DNA of 64,000 bases from Nannocystaceae bacterium ST9 (GTDB lineage Bacteria; Myxococcota_A; Polyangia; Nannocystales; Nannocystaceae). Shown one piece after another: positions 24,377 to 33,751 of the stretch. The position numbers were made by a program, and so were the translations under genes. Location: NCBI GenBank assembly GCA_048320885.1, contig JBLWFJ010000001.1, forward strand, positions 5,953,697-6,017,696. Direction: 5' to 3'. The notes under the pieces are model-generated. The model made no database searches. It was not told the DNA's origin and was given only the letters and a program-made list of their open reading frames with translations. Numbering within the stretch: the first letter of the stretch is position 1; the number at the start of each line of letters is the position of its first letter.

Positions 24377-25126
24377 TCAGCCCTCGCGCTCGGACGACGG
24401 GTCGCGCTCGGGTGGGGGGTCGGCGGGCGAGAGCACGTAGCCGACGCCGCGGATGGTCTTGATCAGCGCGCCACCGCGCTGCGGCTCGGCGGCGGCCAGC
24501 GACTGCCGGACCTTGCTGAGGTGGACGTCGATCGAACGATCGACCTGCGGATCGAACTCTTGCGGAGGCTCGCCGCGCAGCGCTCGGACCTGGGCGTGCA
24601 GCTGGTTGCGGCTCAGCACCCGCTCGGCCTGCGAGGCCAGCACCCAGAGCAGATCGAACTGGTAGGCGGTCAGCTCGCAGGCGACCTCGGTCACGGTCGC
24701 GACTCGCCGCGCGCGATCGATCTGCAAGGGGCCGACCTCGAGCACGTCGTCGCTGCTCGGGCCGGCGCTGCCGTGGCGACGCAGCACGGCACGGATGCGG
24801 GCCAGCAGCTCGCGCGGCGAGAAGGGCTTGGGCAGGTAGTCGTCGGCGCCGAGCTCGAGCCCGACGATCCGATCGACCTCGTCGCCGCGAGCGCTGAGCA
24901 TGATGACCGGCACCTTCGAACGCTGCCGGAGCTTGCGACACAGCTCGAGCCCGTCGATGCCGGGCAACATCAAGTCGAGCAGGACGAGTTCGTGCTCGCC
25001 GGAGCCGGAGCGCTCGAGCCCGCGTTCGCCATCGCCGACGATCTCGACGCGAACGTCGTGGCTGCGCAGGTACTCCGCCGTCCGTTCGGCGAGCCGCTGG
25101 TCATCTTCGATGAGCAGGATGCGCAC
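24377..25126 (-). CDS. OmpR-family response regulator.
   Basis: RILLIEDD...LVLLDLMLPGIDG...KVPVIMLSARG receiver domain plus a winged-helix C-terminal domain (RGVGYVL). Start assigned to GTG at 25124-25126 (V of VRILLIEDD). The alternative M10 of the ORF 24377..25258 is possible. Confidence 0.78.
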   Translation of the reverse strand: MRILLIEDDQRLAERTAEYLRSHDVRVEIVGDGERGLERSGSGEHELVLLDLMLPGIDGLELCRKLRQRSKVPVIMLSARGDEVDRIVGLELGADDYLPKPFSPRELLARIRAVLRRHGSAGPSSDDVLEVGPLQIDRARRVATVTEVACELTAYQFDLLWVLASQAERVLSRNQLHAQVRALRGEPPQEFDPQVDRSIDVHLSKVRQSLAAAEPQRGGALIKTIRGVGYVLSPADPPPERDPSSEREG

Positions 25127-25229
25127 TGCCCTGATCTTGCCACAACCACGCGCGGGGGTTCGCTCCTCGGCGTGAAGTGGGGGTAAAGCCACGATTGACA
25201 GCGAGCGAGCGCCGTCGTACGCCCGAGCC

Positions 25230-25451
25230 ATGCAGGTCGTTTGCAGCTTCTGCCACACGCGCTTCGCCGAGCCGGTGGGTGCGGAGGGCGAGTCGACGGG
25301 TCACGTGGTCTGCCCGAAGTGCAAGGCCGAAGCCGGGATCGAGCCGATCAAGGCCGAGACCCCCAAGCCCATGCGCGTGTTCGGGGCCATCCTCGCGACC
25401 GCGGGCTTCCTGGTCGTGGTGATCTCCGGTTTCGTCGTGGTCGCCGGCTAG
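25230..25451 (+). CDS. Small MJ0042-family-like zinc-ribbon protein with a C-terminal TM helix.
   Basis: 73-aa product. VVCSFCHTRF...VVCPKCKAE gives two CxxC pairs. Hydrophobic tail ILATAGFLVVVISGFVVVAG. Confidence 0.5.
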   Translation: MQVVCSFCHTRFAEPVGAEGESTGHVVCPKCKAEAGIEPIKAETPKPMRVFGAILATAGFLVVVISGFVVVAG

Positions 25452-25544
25452 CAGCCCGCATTCGGGCATGTGCTTCGCGCGAGAGGTTGGTATGATCCCG
25501 GCTCGCATGCGCACTCGTCGTCGTCGCACCGAGGGAGGCCCGCA

Positions 25545-27707
25545 GTGATCGTTCGCTGTGGCCAGTGCGGCACCGAGTTCGGCCTCGACGAGCGGCAGAT
25601 CGGCGACGACGGGATGGCCGTCCGTTGCTCGGTCTGCAAGAACGTGTTTCGGGTCGAGACCTCGCCGCCCAAGCCGGTGCCCTGGCACGTCGAGACCACC
25701 GACGGCAACAAGTTCTCGGCGCCCAACCTCTCGACCTTGCGCGAGTGGATCGAAGAGGGCCGCCTGCACCCGCACGACAAGGTCTCGCGGACCGGTCGCA
25801 GCTGGGTGCGGCTCGCCGACATGCCGGAGTTCTCCGCCGCGTTCGAGGGCTTCCTCGACGTGCCGGCGGTGGTCAAGCCGGTGATGCCCGCACGCGTCGA
25901 GATCGGCTCGTCGGTCCGGCCGATCGCCCGCGAGCCCGAGACCAAGCTTCCACCGATCTCGCGGCGGCCCGAGGTGATGCCGCCGACGCCGGTGCGTGGG
26001 ACCACCAACCCCGAGATCGAGCTCGAGGACGACGAGCGAACCACCCTCCGGCCTGCGCTGCGTCCGAGCGGGCCTCCGGTGGCCGCTCCCGCTCCCGCGC
26101 CGGTGGCCGCTCCCGCGCCGACGCCCGCTCCCGCGCCGACGCCCGCCCCCGCGGTCGCACGCCCGCCCGCGCCCGCGCCCACGCCCGACGAGGACGACCT
26201 CACCCGGCAGATGTATCGACCTGCCGTTCCGATGCCGGCGACGATGGCCGCCCCGGCGATCGAACGTCCGGGCCCCTCGCCGCGCGGCGATCTGCCGCTC
26301 GGCGGCGATCTGCCGCGCCCGGTCGCCCCGGTGCGCGAGCGGGTTCGCGAGCCCGAGGTCGACGACTTCGAGGTCGCGCCCAAGCGCCGCGCGGTCAGTC
26401 CCGGTCTGGTCGCGTTCCTCGGCGTGATCGCGGCGGTCGGGATCATGTTCGGCGTGCCGAGCATCCGTGAGCGCCTGCTCGCGCTCGGGCAGTCCGATGC
26501 TCCGCCGAGCGATCAACCCGGGGTCGCGGCCAGCGACGTGCCCGAGATCGCCGCGGCCGAGGCCGCGACCCACCAGCTCGGCTTGGCGGCGCTGGCCAAG
26601 GCCGAGGCCGGGCTGCAACGCGAGATCGATGCCGGCAAGGCCGACGCGGCGACCTCCGCCGCGATGAAGGTGGCGCTCGCCGATCTCCGACTCAGCCGCG
26701 CGCTCGCCTACGACATCGCTTCGCTGCTCGACGAAGGTCAGCGCGAGGTCTATCGCGCGCGCGCCCGCGACGATCAAGAGGACGGCGAGCGGCTGGTCGA
26801 CAGCCTCGAGGGGGCGCCCGACGTCGATCGGCTCGGCGAGGTTCGAGCGCTCGCTCGGCTCGCGGCCGGGCGCGACGTGGTCGAGGTCCTGCCGCTCGTG
26901 CCCGAGGGCGCCCGCGAGACCGAGCTGATCGTTCGCGCGGCGGTGCTCTGGCGCGACGGCGCGGCGGCGGTGCCCGAGGGGCTGGTCGCGGGTCTGCAGG
27001 GGCTCGAGTCGCGCAGCGGCCTGGCCGACGCCGCGCTGGCGCTCGCGCTGATCCGAGCCAACGACGAGACCGGCGCTCGCAACCTGCTCGAGCGGATGTT
27101 GGTCGGCGCCGACGATCAGATCGTCGGCGTCGCGCTGCGAGCCCACCTCGGTGAGGCGAGCGCCGCCGAAGCGGGCGACGAGACCGGCGCGAGCGACGAG
27201 ACCGGGGGCGAGACCGGTGACGAGGGCAGCATCGCCAAGGCGCCGCCGATCCCGACCCCGGGCGAAGGCACGACCAAGCCGAGCGGCGGTGGCGGTGGCG
27301 GCTTCGAGAGTCTGCTCGAGCGTGGCTGCGAGGACGCCCGCAACGGCTCGGTCGAGACCGGCCTCAAGACCCTGCTCAAGGCCTTCGACGATCGGCCCAA
27401 CGACCTCGACGTGCTGGTCTGCCTCGCCGACGGCTACGCGCGCAAGGGCGAGAATCGCCGCGCCGCCGACTTCTACGATCGCGCGCTCCAGCGCTCGCCG
27501 AAGTTCAAGCCCGCGTTGATCGGCGCGGCCGAGATCGCCGCCAAGACCGGCGCGACCGGCCGCGCGACCAAGCTCTACGAGACCCTGCTGACCGTCGATC
27601 CCGACAACGCCGACGCCAAGGCCTTCATGGCCAAGCAAGGCGGCGGCGACGAGGGTGGCGGGCAAGACACGCCTCCGCCACCCGAGCCCCCGCCCAGCGA
27701 GGGTTGA
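25545..27707 (+). CDS. Zinc-ribbon (MJ0042-like) / GYF-like / proline-rich / TPR-repeat protein.
   Basis: GTG at 25545 is preceded by GAGGGAGG. N-terminal VIVRCGQCGTEFGL...VRCSVCKNVFRV. Low-complexity (AP)n region encoded by tandem DNA repeats at about 26090-26160. One TM helix. C-terminal TPR repeats. Confidence 0.6.
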   Translation: MIVRCGQCGTEFGLDERQIGDDGMAVRCSVCKNVFRVETSPPKPVPWHVETTDGNKFSAPNLSTLREWIEEGRLHPHDKVSRTGRSWVRLADMPEFSAAFEGFLDVPAVVKPVMPARVEIGSSVRPIAREPETKLPPISRRPEVMPPTPVRGTTNPEIELEDDERTTLRPALRPSGPPVAAPAPAPVAAPAPTPAPAPTPAPAVARPPAPAPTPDEDDLTRQMYRPAVPMPATMAAPAIERPGPSPRGDLPLGGDLPRPVAPVRERVREPEVDDFEVAPKRRAVSPGLVAFLGVIAAVGIMFGVPSIRERLLALGQSDAPPSDQPGVAASDVPEIAAAEAATHQLGLAALAKAEAGLQREIDAGKADAATSAAMKVALADLRLSRALAYDIASLLDEGQREVYRARARDDQEDGERLVDSLEGAPDVDRLGEVRALARLAAGRDVVEVLPLVPEGARETELIVRAAVLWRDGAAAVPEGLVAGLQGLESRSGLADAALALALIRANDETGARNLLERMLVGADDQIVGVALRAHLGEASAAEAGDETGASDETGGETGDEGSIAKAPPIPTPGEGTTKPSGGGGGGFESLLERGCEDARNGSVETGLKTLLKAFDDRPNDLDVLVCLADGYARKGENRRAADFYDRALQRSPKFKPALIGAAEIAAKTGATGRATKLYETLLTVDPDNADAKAFMAKQGGGDEGGGQDTPPPPEPPPSEG

Positions 27708-27736
27708 GCCCCCAACCAATCGAGCAGAGCATCGCC

Positions 27737-28030
27737 ATGGCCAACGACAACGAAGACGAATACATCCTGCGGCAGGAGCTCGAGCGCAAGCGAGACGCCG
27801 TGCTCAAGAAGCAGGCCGAGCTGAAGGACGACGAGCGCAAGGAGCTCAAGACCCTGCATTGGATGCGCTGCGCGAAGTGTGGCGCCGAGCTGCAAGAGGT
27901 CGAGTTCCGCGGGGTCAAGGTCGACAAGTGCTTCTCGTGCGGAGGCGTGTACCTCGACGACGGCGAGCTCGAGCAGCTCGCGGGTCGACCGGGGTGGTTC
28001 GACTCGATGCTGCATTTCTTCCGCCGCTGA
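27737..28030 (+). CDS. zf-TFIIB-type zinc-ribbon protein.
   Basis: ATG at 27737. MRCAKCGAELQEVEFRGVKVDKCFSCGGVYLDDGELEQL matches the PF13453-like pattern. It also contains H-x3-C-x2-C (HWMRCAKC). Confidence 0.55.
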   Translation: MANDNEDEYILRQELERKRDAVLKKQAELKDDERKELKTLHWMRCAKCGAELQEVEFRGVKVDKCFSCGGVYLDDGELEQLAGRPGWFDSMLHFFRR

Positions 28031-28051
28031 GCGGCCCGTCGCCCGAGCACC

Positions 28052-28103
28052 GAGTCGGCCGCCCGCGGCCGAAAGCCGAGTCGGCCGCCCGCGGCCGAAA
28101 GCC
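28052..28103. repeat. Perfect 26-bp tandem direct repeat (gagtcggccgcccgcggccgaaagcc x2). Each copy forms a GC hairpin cggccg/cccg/cggccg.
   Basis: Read directly. Located in the 170-nt gap between the zinc-ribbon gene stop (28030) and the ECF sigma start (28201). Confidence 0.8.
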
Positions 28104-28200
28104 GAGAGCACGCTGCGCGAATGCGGCGTGCTCTCTTCGTCTTTCCACGAAGCAATCGCGGACCACGGTCGAGATCGCGACACGCGTGTACAATCGTCGG

Positions 28201-28821
28201 GTGGGCGAACCAGGCAATTGGCAAGTCGATGCCGAGCTGCTCGACGCCTGGCGGGGCGGTGACGCCGAGGCCGGCGAGCAACTCTACGATCGCCATGTCG
28301 GGGCGGTCGCGCGCTTCTTTCAGAACAAGCTGCCCGATCAGGCCGAGGAGTTGATCCAGCAGACCTTCCTCGCCCTGGTCGAGAGCCGCGACCGAATCCG
28401 TGCAGGCGTCACCTTTCGAGCCTTCTTGCTGGCGATCGCTCGCTACAAGCTGCTCGACCACATCGGCCGGCAGACCCGGGACAAGGTCGTCGATCTCGAC
28501 GCCGATTCGATGGTCGACGTCTCGCCTGGGCCCTCGACCGTCGTGGCCCGCAAGCGAGAGCAGCGCCTGTTGCTCGAGGGCCTGCGCCGGATCCCGATCG
28601 AGCATCAGATCGGGCTCGAGCTGTTCTACTGGGAGGGGCTCGACGCCAAGGAGATCGCCGACGTGTTCGGCATCTCGCACTCGGCGATGCGCAGCCGACT
28701 GAGCAAGGCTCGCACCCTGCTCGAGCAGGCGATGGCCGGTCTGGCCGACTCGCCCGACCTGCTGAACAGCACCGTGGCGGGGCTCGACGGCTGGGCGGCG
28801 GGCATCCGCGCGCAGTTGTGA
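28201..28821 (+). CDS. ECF (group 4) sigma-70 family sigma factor.
   Basis: DAELLDAWRGGDAEAGEQLYDRHVGAVARFF (region 2) and EGLDAKEIADVFGISHSAMRSRLSKARTLL (region 4 HTH). Start assigned to GTG at 28201. GTG at 28186 is an alternative. Confidence 0.8.
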   Translation: MGEPGNWQVDAELLDAWRGGDAEAGEQLYDRHVGAVARFFQNKLPDQAEELIQQTFLALVESRDRIRAGVTFRAFLLAIARYKLLDHIGRQTRDKVVDLDADSMVDVSPGPSTVVARKREQRLLLEGLRRIPIEHQIGLELFYWEGLDAKEIADVFGISHSAMRSRLSKARTLLEQAMAGLADSPDLLNSTVAGLDGWAAGIRAQL

Positions 28822-28880
28822 GCCCACGCGTCAGGCGAGTGCGCGAGCGCATGGACAGCTCGCCATGGTTGCCAGACTTC

Positions 28881-29345
28881 ATGAGCATGAAGACCCTGTT
28901 CGCCTCGCTGGCGCTCCTGCTCTCCCTGTCCGTGTCGAGTTCGACCTTCGCCGAAGACGCCGAGTTCGGCTTGTCGGCGGTGTGCGTGGTGGTGCCCGAG
29001 CCCACGCTCGGCTTTCGGATCCCGGCCACCTTCGACGAGGTGATTTCGGTCGATACCGGTCGGCCGGTCGGCTCCGACTCGCGGGCCTCGATGGAGGTCG
29101 AGCTCGGCACCAGCTCGACCATGACCCTGAACATCGTGTTCGACGGCACGGGCGGCGGGCTGCTCCTGCGCGACGGTGACCAGAATCAGTGGACCTTGGT
29201 GCCCGACTCGACCGGCAAGACCACGGTCACCATCTTCGTCGACGCGGGCAAGGACTTCACGCTCACGCCACTCTCGGAGATCGAGATGATGCCGGTCGGC
29301 ACCAAGAAGGCCGTCATCAAGCCGGTGACCCGTTGTCCGGTCTGA
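28881..29345 (+). CDS. Small secreted protein of unknown function, immediately downstream of the ECF sigma gene.
   Basis: ATG at 28881 or 28887. Signal peptide MKTLFASLALLLSLSVSSSTFA. Beta-rich mature part. It sits where an anti-sigma gene would normally be. Confidence 0.45.
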   Translation: MSMKTLFASLALLLSLSVSSSTFAEDAEFGLSAVCVVVPEPTLGFRIPATFDEVISVDTGRPVGSDSRASMEVELGTSSTMTLNIVFDGTGGGLLLRDGDQNQWTLVPDSTGKTTVTIFVDAGKDFTLTPLSEIEMMPVGTKKAVIKPVTRCPV

Positions 29346-29374
29346 TCCATCCGCGGCCCGCGGCGTGGACAGCA

Positions 29375-32245
29375 ATGCGGGAGACGAACAAGATGGGCGA
29401 GGCGATGACCGGACCCGCTGCGTCGACCGAACCCGCGGGCGAGCTCGACGAGACGCCCTGGCCGGCACCCGACTTCGAGCAGCGCAGGGCGATCGACGCC
29501 GTCCGCGGCAAGTTGTTCGGGCGGCGGGTCGAGGTCCACATCGGTCGCTATCGGGTCGATCGGCGGCTCGGGGCCGGGGGCATGGGCGAGGTCTACCTGG
29601 CGTTCGACGAGGCGCTCGATCGCAAGGTCGCGATCAAGCGCGTGCGCGGTGATCGGAGCACGGCCGCCATCCATGCCCGCTTGCGCGAAGAGGCCCGGGC
29701 GCTGGCCCGGCTCTCGCACGCCAACGTCGTGCAGATCTACGAGGTCGGCGAGCACGAGGGCCAGACCTTCCTGGCCATGGAGTTCGTCGAGGGCACGACG
29801 CTCGCCGGTTGGCTCATGCAGCCGAAGAGTTGGCGGGCGATCCTCGACGTGTTCCTGGCCGCCGGGCGAGGTCTCGCCGCCGCGCACTCGGCCGGCGTCG
29901 TGCATCGCGACTTCAAGCCCGACAACGTGCTGATCGGCAGCGATGGTCGCGTGTGCGTGGCCGACTTCGGGCTGGCGCTGGCCGGCGAGGCCCGCGAGCC
30001 CGGCCCGCTCCAGCAGTCGCGCGAGGTCGCCGGGACCATCCGCTACATGTCGCTCGAGCAGCTGCGCGGCGATTCGGTCGACGCTTGCAGCGATCAGTTC
30101 GCGTTTTGTACCGCGCTGTGCGAGGCGCTCTGGGACCAGCCGCCCTTCCATCGTGGCAACGCCATCCGCCGCATGATCGAGCTCGCCGCGGATCGCCCGG
30201 AGCAGCCTCGTCGTCGCGGCGTCCCGCGGGCGCTGTGGCCGATCGTGCGTCGTGGCCTGCGGCGTGATCCGGCCCGGCGCTGGCCCGACGTCGCCACGCT
30301 GCTGGCCGCGCTCGAGGCCGTGCCGCGTCGCCGCGCGCAGCGGGCCTGGGCGCTCGCGTCGGGTCCCGTGCTGCTGATCGGCGGCCTCGCGCTCGCTCGC
30401 CTGACCGGCGCGCCGGTCGACGCATGTGCGGCCGTGCCCGAGGAGCTCGCGGGCGCGTGGGACGAGTCGATCGAGCGCGAGTTGAGCGACGCGTTCGTGG
30501 CCACCGGGGTCGAGCACGCGGCCGCGAGCGCCGAGCGAGTCTCGCTGGGCCTCGACGCCTGGTCGCGCGAGTGGACCGACGAACGCGTCGCGCAGTGTCG
30601 AGCCGCCGACGAGGGCGAGCTGGCCCGCGCCCGTCGAGTCTGCCTCGAGCGCCAGCGGCGAAGCGTCGAGATCCTGACCACCGTGCTGCGCGACCCCGAC
30701 GTCGGCGCGGTCGATCGCGCGGTCGAGGCCGTCGCCGAGCTGCCCTCGCCGAGCGAGTGCTCGGCCGCCGAGCTGCTCGAAGGGCCGGCCCTGGCCAGCG
30801 AAGCGAAGGCGCCGCGGGTCGAGGCGCTGCGGCTGGCCTTGGCCGAAGCGCGAGCGCTGCGTCAGCTCGGCCGCGCCGATCCGCAGCTGGCTGGCTCGCT
30901 GGTCGATCGCGCCGGCTCGCTCGACTATCTGCCGGTCCTGGCCGAAGCCGCGGCCGAGCAGGGCCGGACCGAGATCGAGGGCGGCGATCCGCGAGTGGGC
31001 CTCGATCGACTCGACGAGGCCGCTCGCTTGGCGATCGCCGCCAATCACCCGCGCTTGCTGGCCGAGACCTGGACCGCGCTGGCTCTGTTCGCGGTCTCCG
31101 AGTTCCCCGACTACTCGCGCGGCGGCGAGTGGCTGGTGCTGGCCGAGGCGGCCTGGGCACGACTCGGATCCACCGAGCTCGGGCCCAGCGACCGCGAGCG
31201 CTCGCAGTTCGCGTTCGCTCGCGGCCGACTCGCGCTGGCCGAGCGTCGGCGCGACCAGGCGCTCGGGTTTCATCGCGAGGCGATCGAGCTCCACGGCGAT
31301 CGGGACAGCGTGATCCTGCCGGGTTTGTTGCTCGGGCTCGCCGAGCTCACCGACCCGAGCGAGGCGATCGAGCTCGATCAGCGGGCGCTCGCGGTGGCCG
31401 AGCGCGTGTTCGGGCCCTCGCACCCTCGCACCGCGGCGGTCCTGTACAGCCTCGGCGTCGCGCTCGAGGCCCGCGGCGAGCTCGAGCGCGCCGCTCCGCT
31501 CTTCGAGCGCGCGGTCGCGATCTGGACGCAGGCCCACGGTGACCCTCACCCCGATCTCGCGCGCGCCCATCTGCTCTTGGCCGATCGCTCGTTGCAGGCC
31601 GGCGATCTCGACGACGCCGAGCGCCACGCCCTCGCGCTGGCCAGCATTCAGGCCGGGAGCCTGCCCGCCGATCACCCCGACCTCGGCGACGCGCCGATGC
31701 TGCTCGGTCGGATCGCCGGCCTGCGCGGCGATCGAGCGCTCGCGCTGCGCTACGCTCGCGAGGCACTGGCCCACTGGCAGCGCAGCGCGGGCCCGAGCGC
31801 GCCGCATGTGCTCGAGATGCGGCTCGACATCGCGAGCAGCGAGCTCGGGCTCGGCGAGTTCGCGGCGGCCGAGCTCGAGTATCGGACCGTGCTGGCGGCG
31901 AGCGACGATCCGGCGATCGCGGGCGTGGCCGGGCTGGGCCTGGCCGAGCTGGCCTTGCGGCAGGGCCAGCTCCAGCTCGCCCGCGAGCGACTCGCGGCCG
32001 TCGAGGCGATCGGGATCGAGGCGCTCGTCCACCATCGCATCACCCACGTGGTGCTGCGCTTCCTGATCGAGTCGCGCGCGGGCTGTCGTGACTGCGGCGA
32101 GGGCCTGGCCGCGCGAGTCGACGCCGTGATGCGCGAGGGCGAGTGGACCGACGAGATGGTGCAGCCCTGGTTGCTCGAACTCGCGGTCACGCCTGCCGAA
32201 GCCGCGCAGCTCGGGCTCACGATCGACGCGCTCGCGAGCCGATGA
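29375..32245 (+). CDS. Serine/threonine protein kinase with a TPR-like C-terminal domain.
   Basis: Hanks motifs: GAGGMGEVY, VAIK, HRDFKPDNVL, DFG, and (G)T..YMS(L)EQ. The long C-terminal helical repeat region resembles TPR. Start at ATG 29375; ATG 29393 is the alternative. Confidence 0.85.
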   Translation: MRETNKMGEAMTGPAASTEPAGELDETPWPAPDFEQRRAIDAVRGKLFGRRVEVHIGRYRVDRRLGAGGMGEVYLAFDEALDRKVAIKRVRGDRSTAAIHARLREEARALARLSHANVVQIYEVGEHEGQTFLAMEFVEGTTLAGWLMQPKSWRAILDVFLAAGRGLAAAHSAGVVHRDFKPDNVLIGSDGRVCVADFGLALAGEAREPGPLQQSREVAGTIRYMSLEQLRGDSVDACSDQFAFCTALCEALWDQPPFHRGNAIRRMIELAADRPEQPRRRGVPRALWPIVRRGLRRDPARRWPDVATLLAALEAVPRRRAQRAWALASGPVLLIGGLALARLTGAPVDACAAVPEELAGAWDESIERELSDAFVATGVEHAAASAERVSLGLDAWSREWTDERVAQCRAADEGELARARRVCLERQRRSVEILTTVLRDPDVGAVDRAVEAVAELPSPSECSAAELLEGPALASEAKAPRVEALRLALAEARALRQLGRADPQLAGSLVDRAGSLDYLPVLAEAAAEQGRTEIEGGDPRVGLDRLDEAARLAIAANHPRLLAETWTALALFAVSEFPDYSRGGEWLVLAEAAWARLGSTELGPSDRERSQFAFARGRLALAERRRDQALGFHREAIELHGDRDSVILPGLLLGLAELTDPSEAIELDQRALAVAERVFGPSHPRTAAVLYSLGVALEARGELERAAPLFERAVAIWTQAHGDPHPDLARAHLLLADRSLQAGDLDDAERHALALASIQAGSLPADHPDLGDAPMLLGRIAGLRGDRALALRYAREALAHWQRSAGPSAPHVLEMRLDIASSELGLGEFAAAELEYRTVLAASDDPAIAGVAGLGLAELALRQGQLQLARERLAAVEAIGIEALVHHRITHVVLRFLIESRAGCRDCGEGLAARVDAVMREGEWTDEMVQPWLLELAVTPAEAAQLGLTIDALASR

Positions 32246-32271
32246 TCCGTGGTCCGTGGTCCGTGGGTCGC

Positions 32272-33690
32272 TCAGCCGACCGGCGGGGGCGGAGGCGGCG
32301 GCTCGCCGAAGCACACGCCGATCTCCAAGATCATGTAGAGCAGCACCAGCTCCTGCGGGCTGAGCCCCTGGTGGGCGACGCTCGAGGTCTCGAAGGTGCT
32401 GTACATCATTCGTCCGCACCCATACTGCCCGCTGATCGCCATCGGCCGCGGGGTGTTGGGGTTCGAGCAGCTGTAGCAGGGCCCCTCGACCCAGACGTGG
32501 TGGCCGACGTCGACGTCCTCGCCCTGATCGTTCTGCACGATGATCGGGCCGACCTGATCGATGCCCGAATAGTTGAGCTGGGTGGTGATGCCCGGCAGCA
32601 TCGCGAGCGTCGGATTGCCGCCGCCGATGTCCTTGAGCGCGGGCGGCAGGGCCTCGAGCCAGGCCAGCAGATCGGCGTCCTGCACGATGCCGATCGATTC
32701 GTAGGCCGGCTGGATGTCGGGCATGCCGGGATTGTGGAATTCCTGATAGTCGGGGAAGGGCGCCTCGATGTATTCGTTGGAATGATCGGTCGCATAGAGC
32801 TTGCCGCCGGCCTCGACGTAGGCGCGCAGGTTGTCGATGCGGGCGGGCGGGACGTTCGGCGCGTTGTTCCAATACTTGGTCGACGCGCAGGGCAGGAACA
32901 GAATGTGGAATTGATTCATGAACGTCAGGTCGTCGAGCGCGGCGCCCTGATCGTTGGAATCGATCAACGTGAATTGCTCGGTGCCCTGGACGAGCTGGCC
33001 CTGCGCGCTCACCTGGCCGAGCCCGAATTTGGCGAGCACGTTGTAGACTCGATCGGGATCGGCGTCGTAGACCCCGATTCGTGGGATCCACATGCCGTTG
33101 GCTGGATTCCATTGGCCCGGCAGGTTGCTCTGGTTGGCCGGCACCGCGTTGGTCCCCGGCGCCACGTCGAAGTCGACGACGCGCAGGAACTGACCCTTGT
33201 GCACGACCAGCTGCTGGCCCGGGCCCGCGACCGCCGGGAGCGAGAAGCTGCCGTCCGCCTCGCTCAGCACGAAGGGCACGTCGCAGTCGAGCTCGACACA
33301 GTTGGCGCAATAGGTCCCGTCGGGCACCGACTCGACCGGCTCGTCGGTCAGATAGACCAGCGCGCCGCTGATCGGCAGCTCGAGGTTGGGCGCGTAGACG
33401 GTGCCCTGCAAGGTCGCGTTGGTGGTCGGCCAGTCGGCCTGCGTGCAGCCGTCGTCGCCGCCGTCGTCGGCGGTGCCCGAGCCCTCGCCGTCGGAGGTCA
33501 TGTCGAGCAGCTCGCCGCTCTCCTCGTCGTCGGCGACCTCGTCGTTGCTCTCGCTGGCCGTGCTGCCGTCACCGGAGATGCCGTCGCTCACGCCCGTGCT
33601 CGTGTCGGAGCGCGCGTCGTTGTTGCAGGCGACGAGGAGTGTCATCAAGGAGAGCAAGGTCGTAGTCGAAGTCGAAGTCGTACGTTGCAT
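32272..33690 (-). CDS. Secreted lipoprotein with an acidic linker, unknown function.
   Basis: ATG at 33688-33690 is preceded by GGTGGA. Lipobox LLVACNN, followed by an Asp/Ser/Gly-rich linker. Confidence 0.5.
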   Translation of the reverse strand: MQRTTSTSTTTLLSLMTLLVACNNDARSDTSTGVSDGISGDGSTASESNDEVADDEESGELLDMTSDGEGSGTADDGGDDGCTQADWPTTNATLQGTVYAPNLELPISGALVYLTDEPVESVPDGTYCANCVELDCDVPFVLSEADGSFSLPAVAGPGQQLVVHKGQFLRVVDFDVAPGTNAVPANQSNLPGQWNPANGMWIPRIGVYDADPDRVYNVLAKFGLGQVSAQGQLVQGTEQFTLIDSNDQGAALDDLTFMNQFHILFLPCASTKYWNNAPNVPPARIDNLRAYVEAGGKLYATDHSNEYIEAPFPDYQEFHNPGMPDIQPAYESIGIVQDADLLAWLEALPPALKDIGGGNPTLAMLPGITTQLNYSGIDQVGPIIVQNDQGEDVDVGHHVWVEGPCYSCSNPNTPRPMAISGQYGCGRMMYSTFETSSVAHQGLSPQELVLLYMILEIGVCFGEPPPPPPPVG

Positions 33691-33751
33691 GGTCCACCCA
33701 GCGAGCCGATGTCCCATCGTACGCTCGCGCGATTCGGCCAGGCAAGCACGA

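Noticed and set aside
22424-25186. 920-aa plus-strand ORF across the TA pair, histidine kinase and response regulator.
   Set aside because: Antisense frame shadow of four well-supported minus-strand genes.
25101-27719. 872-aa minus-strand ORF antisense to the zinc-ribbon/TPR gene.
   Set aside because: Gly/Arg-rich, no motifs. The plus-strand gene has zinc-ribbon and TPR signatures.
29186-33310. 1374-aa minus-strand ORF antisense to the first Ser/Thr kinase, and 415-aa and 372-aa ORFs in the same region.
   Set aside because: Frame shadows. The kinase Hanks motifs are clear on the plus strand.
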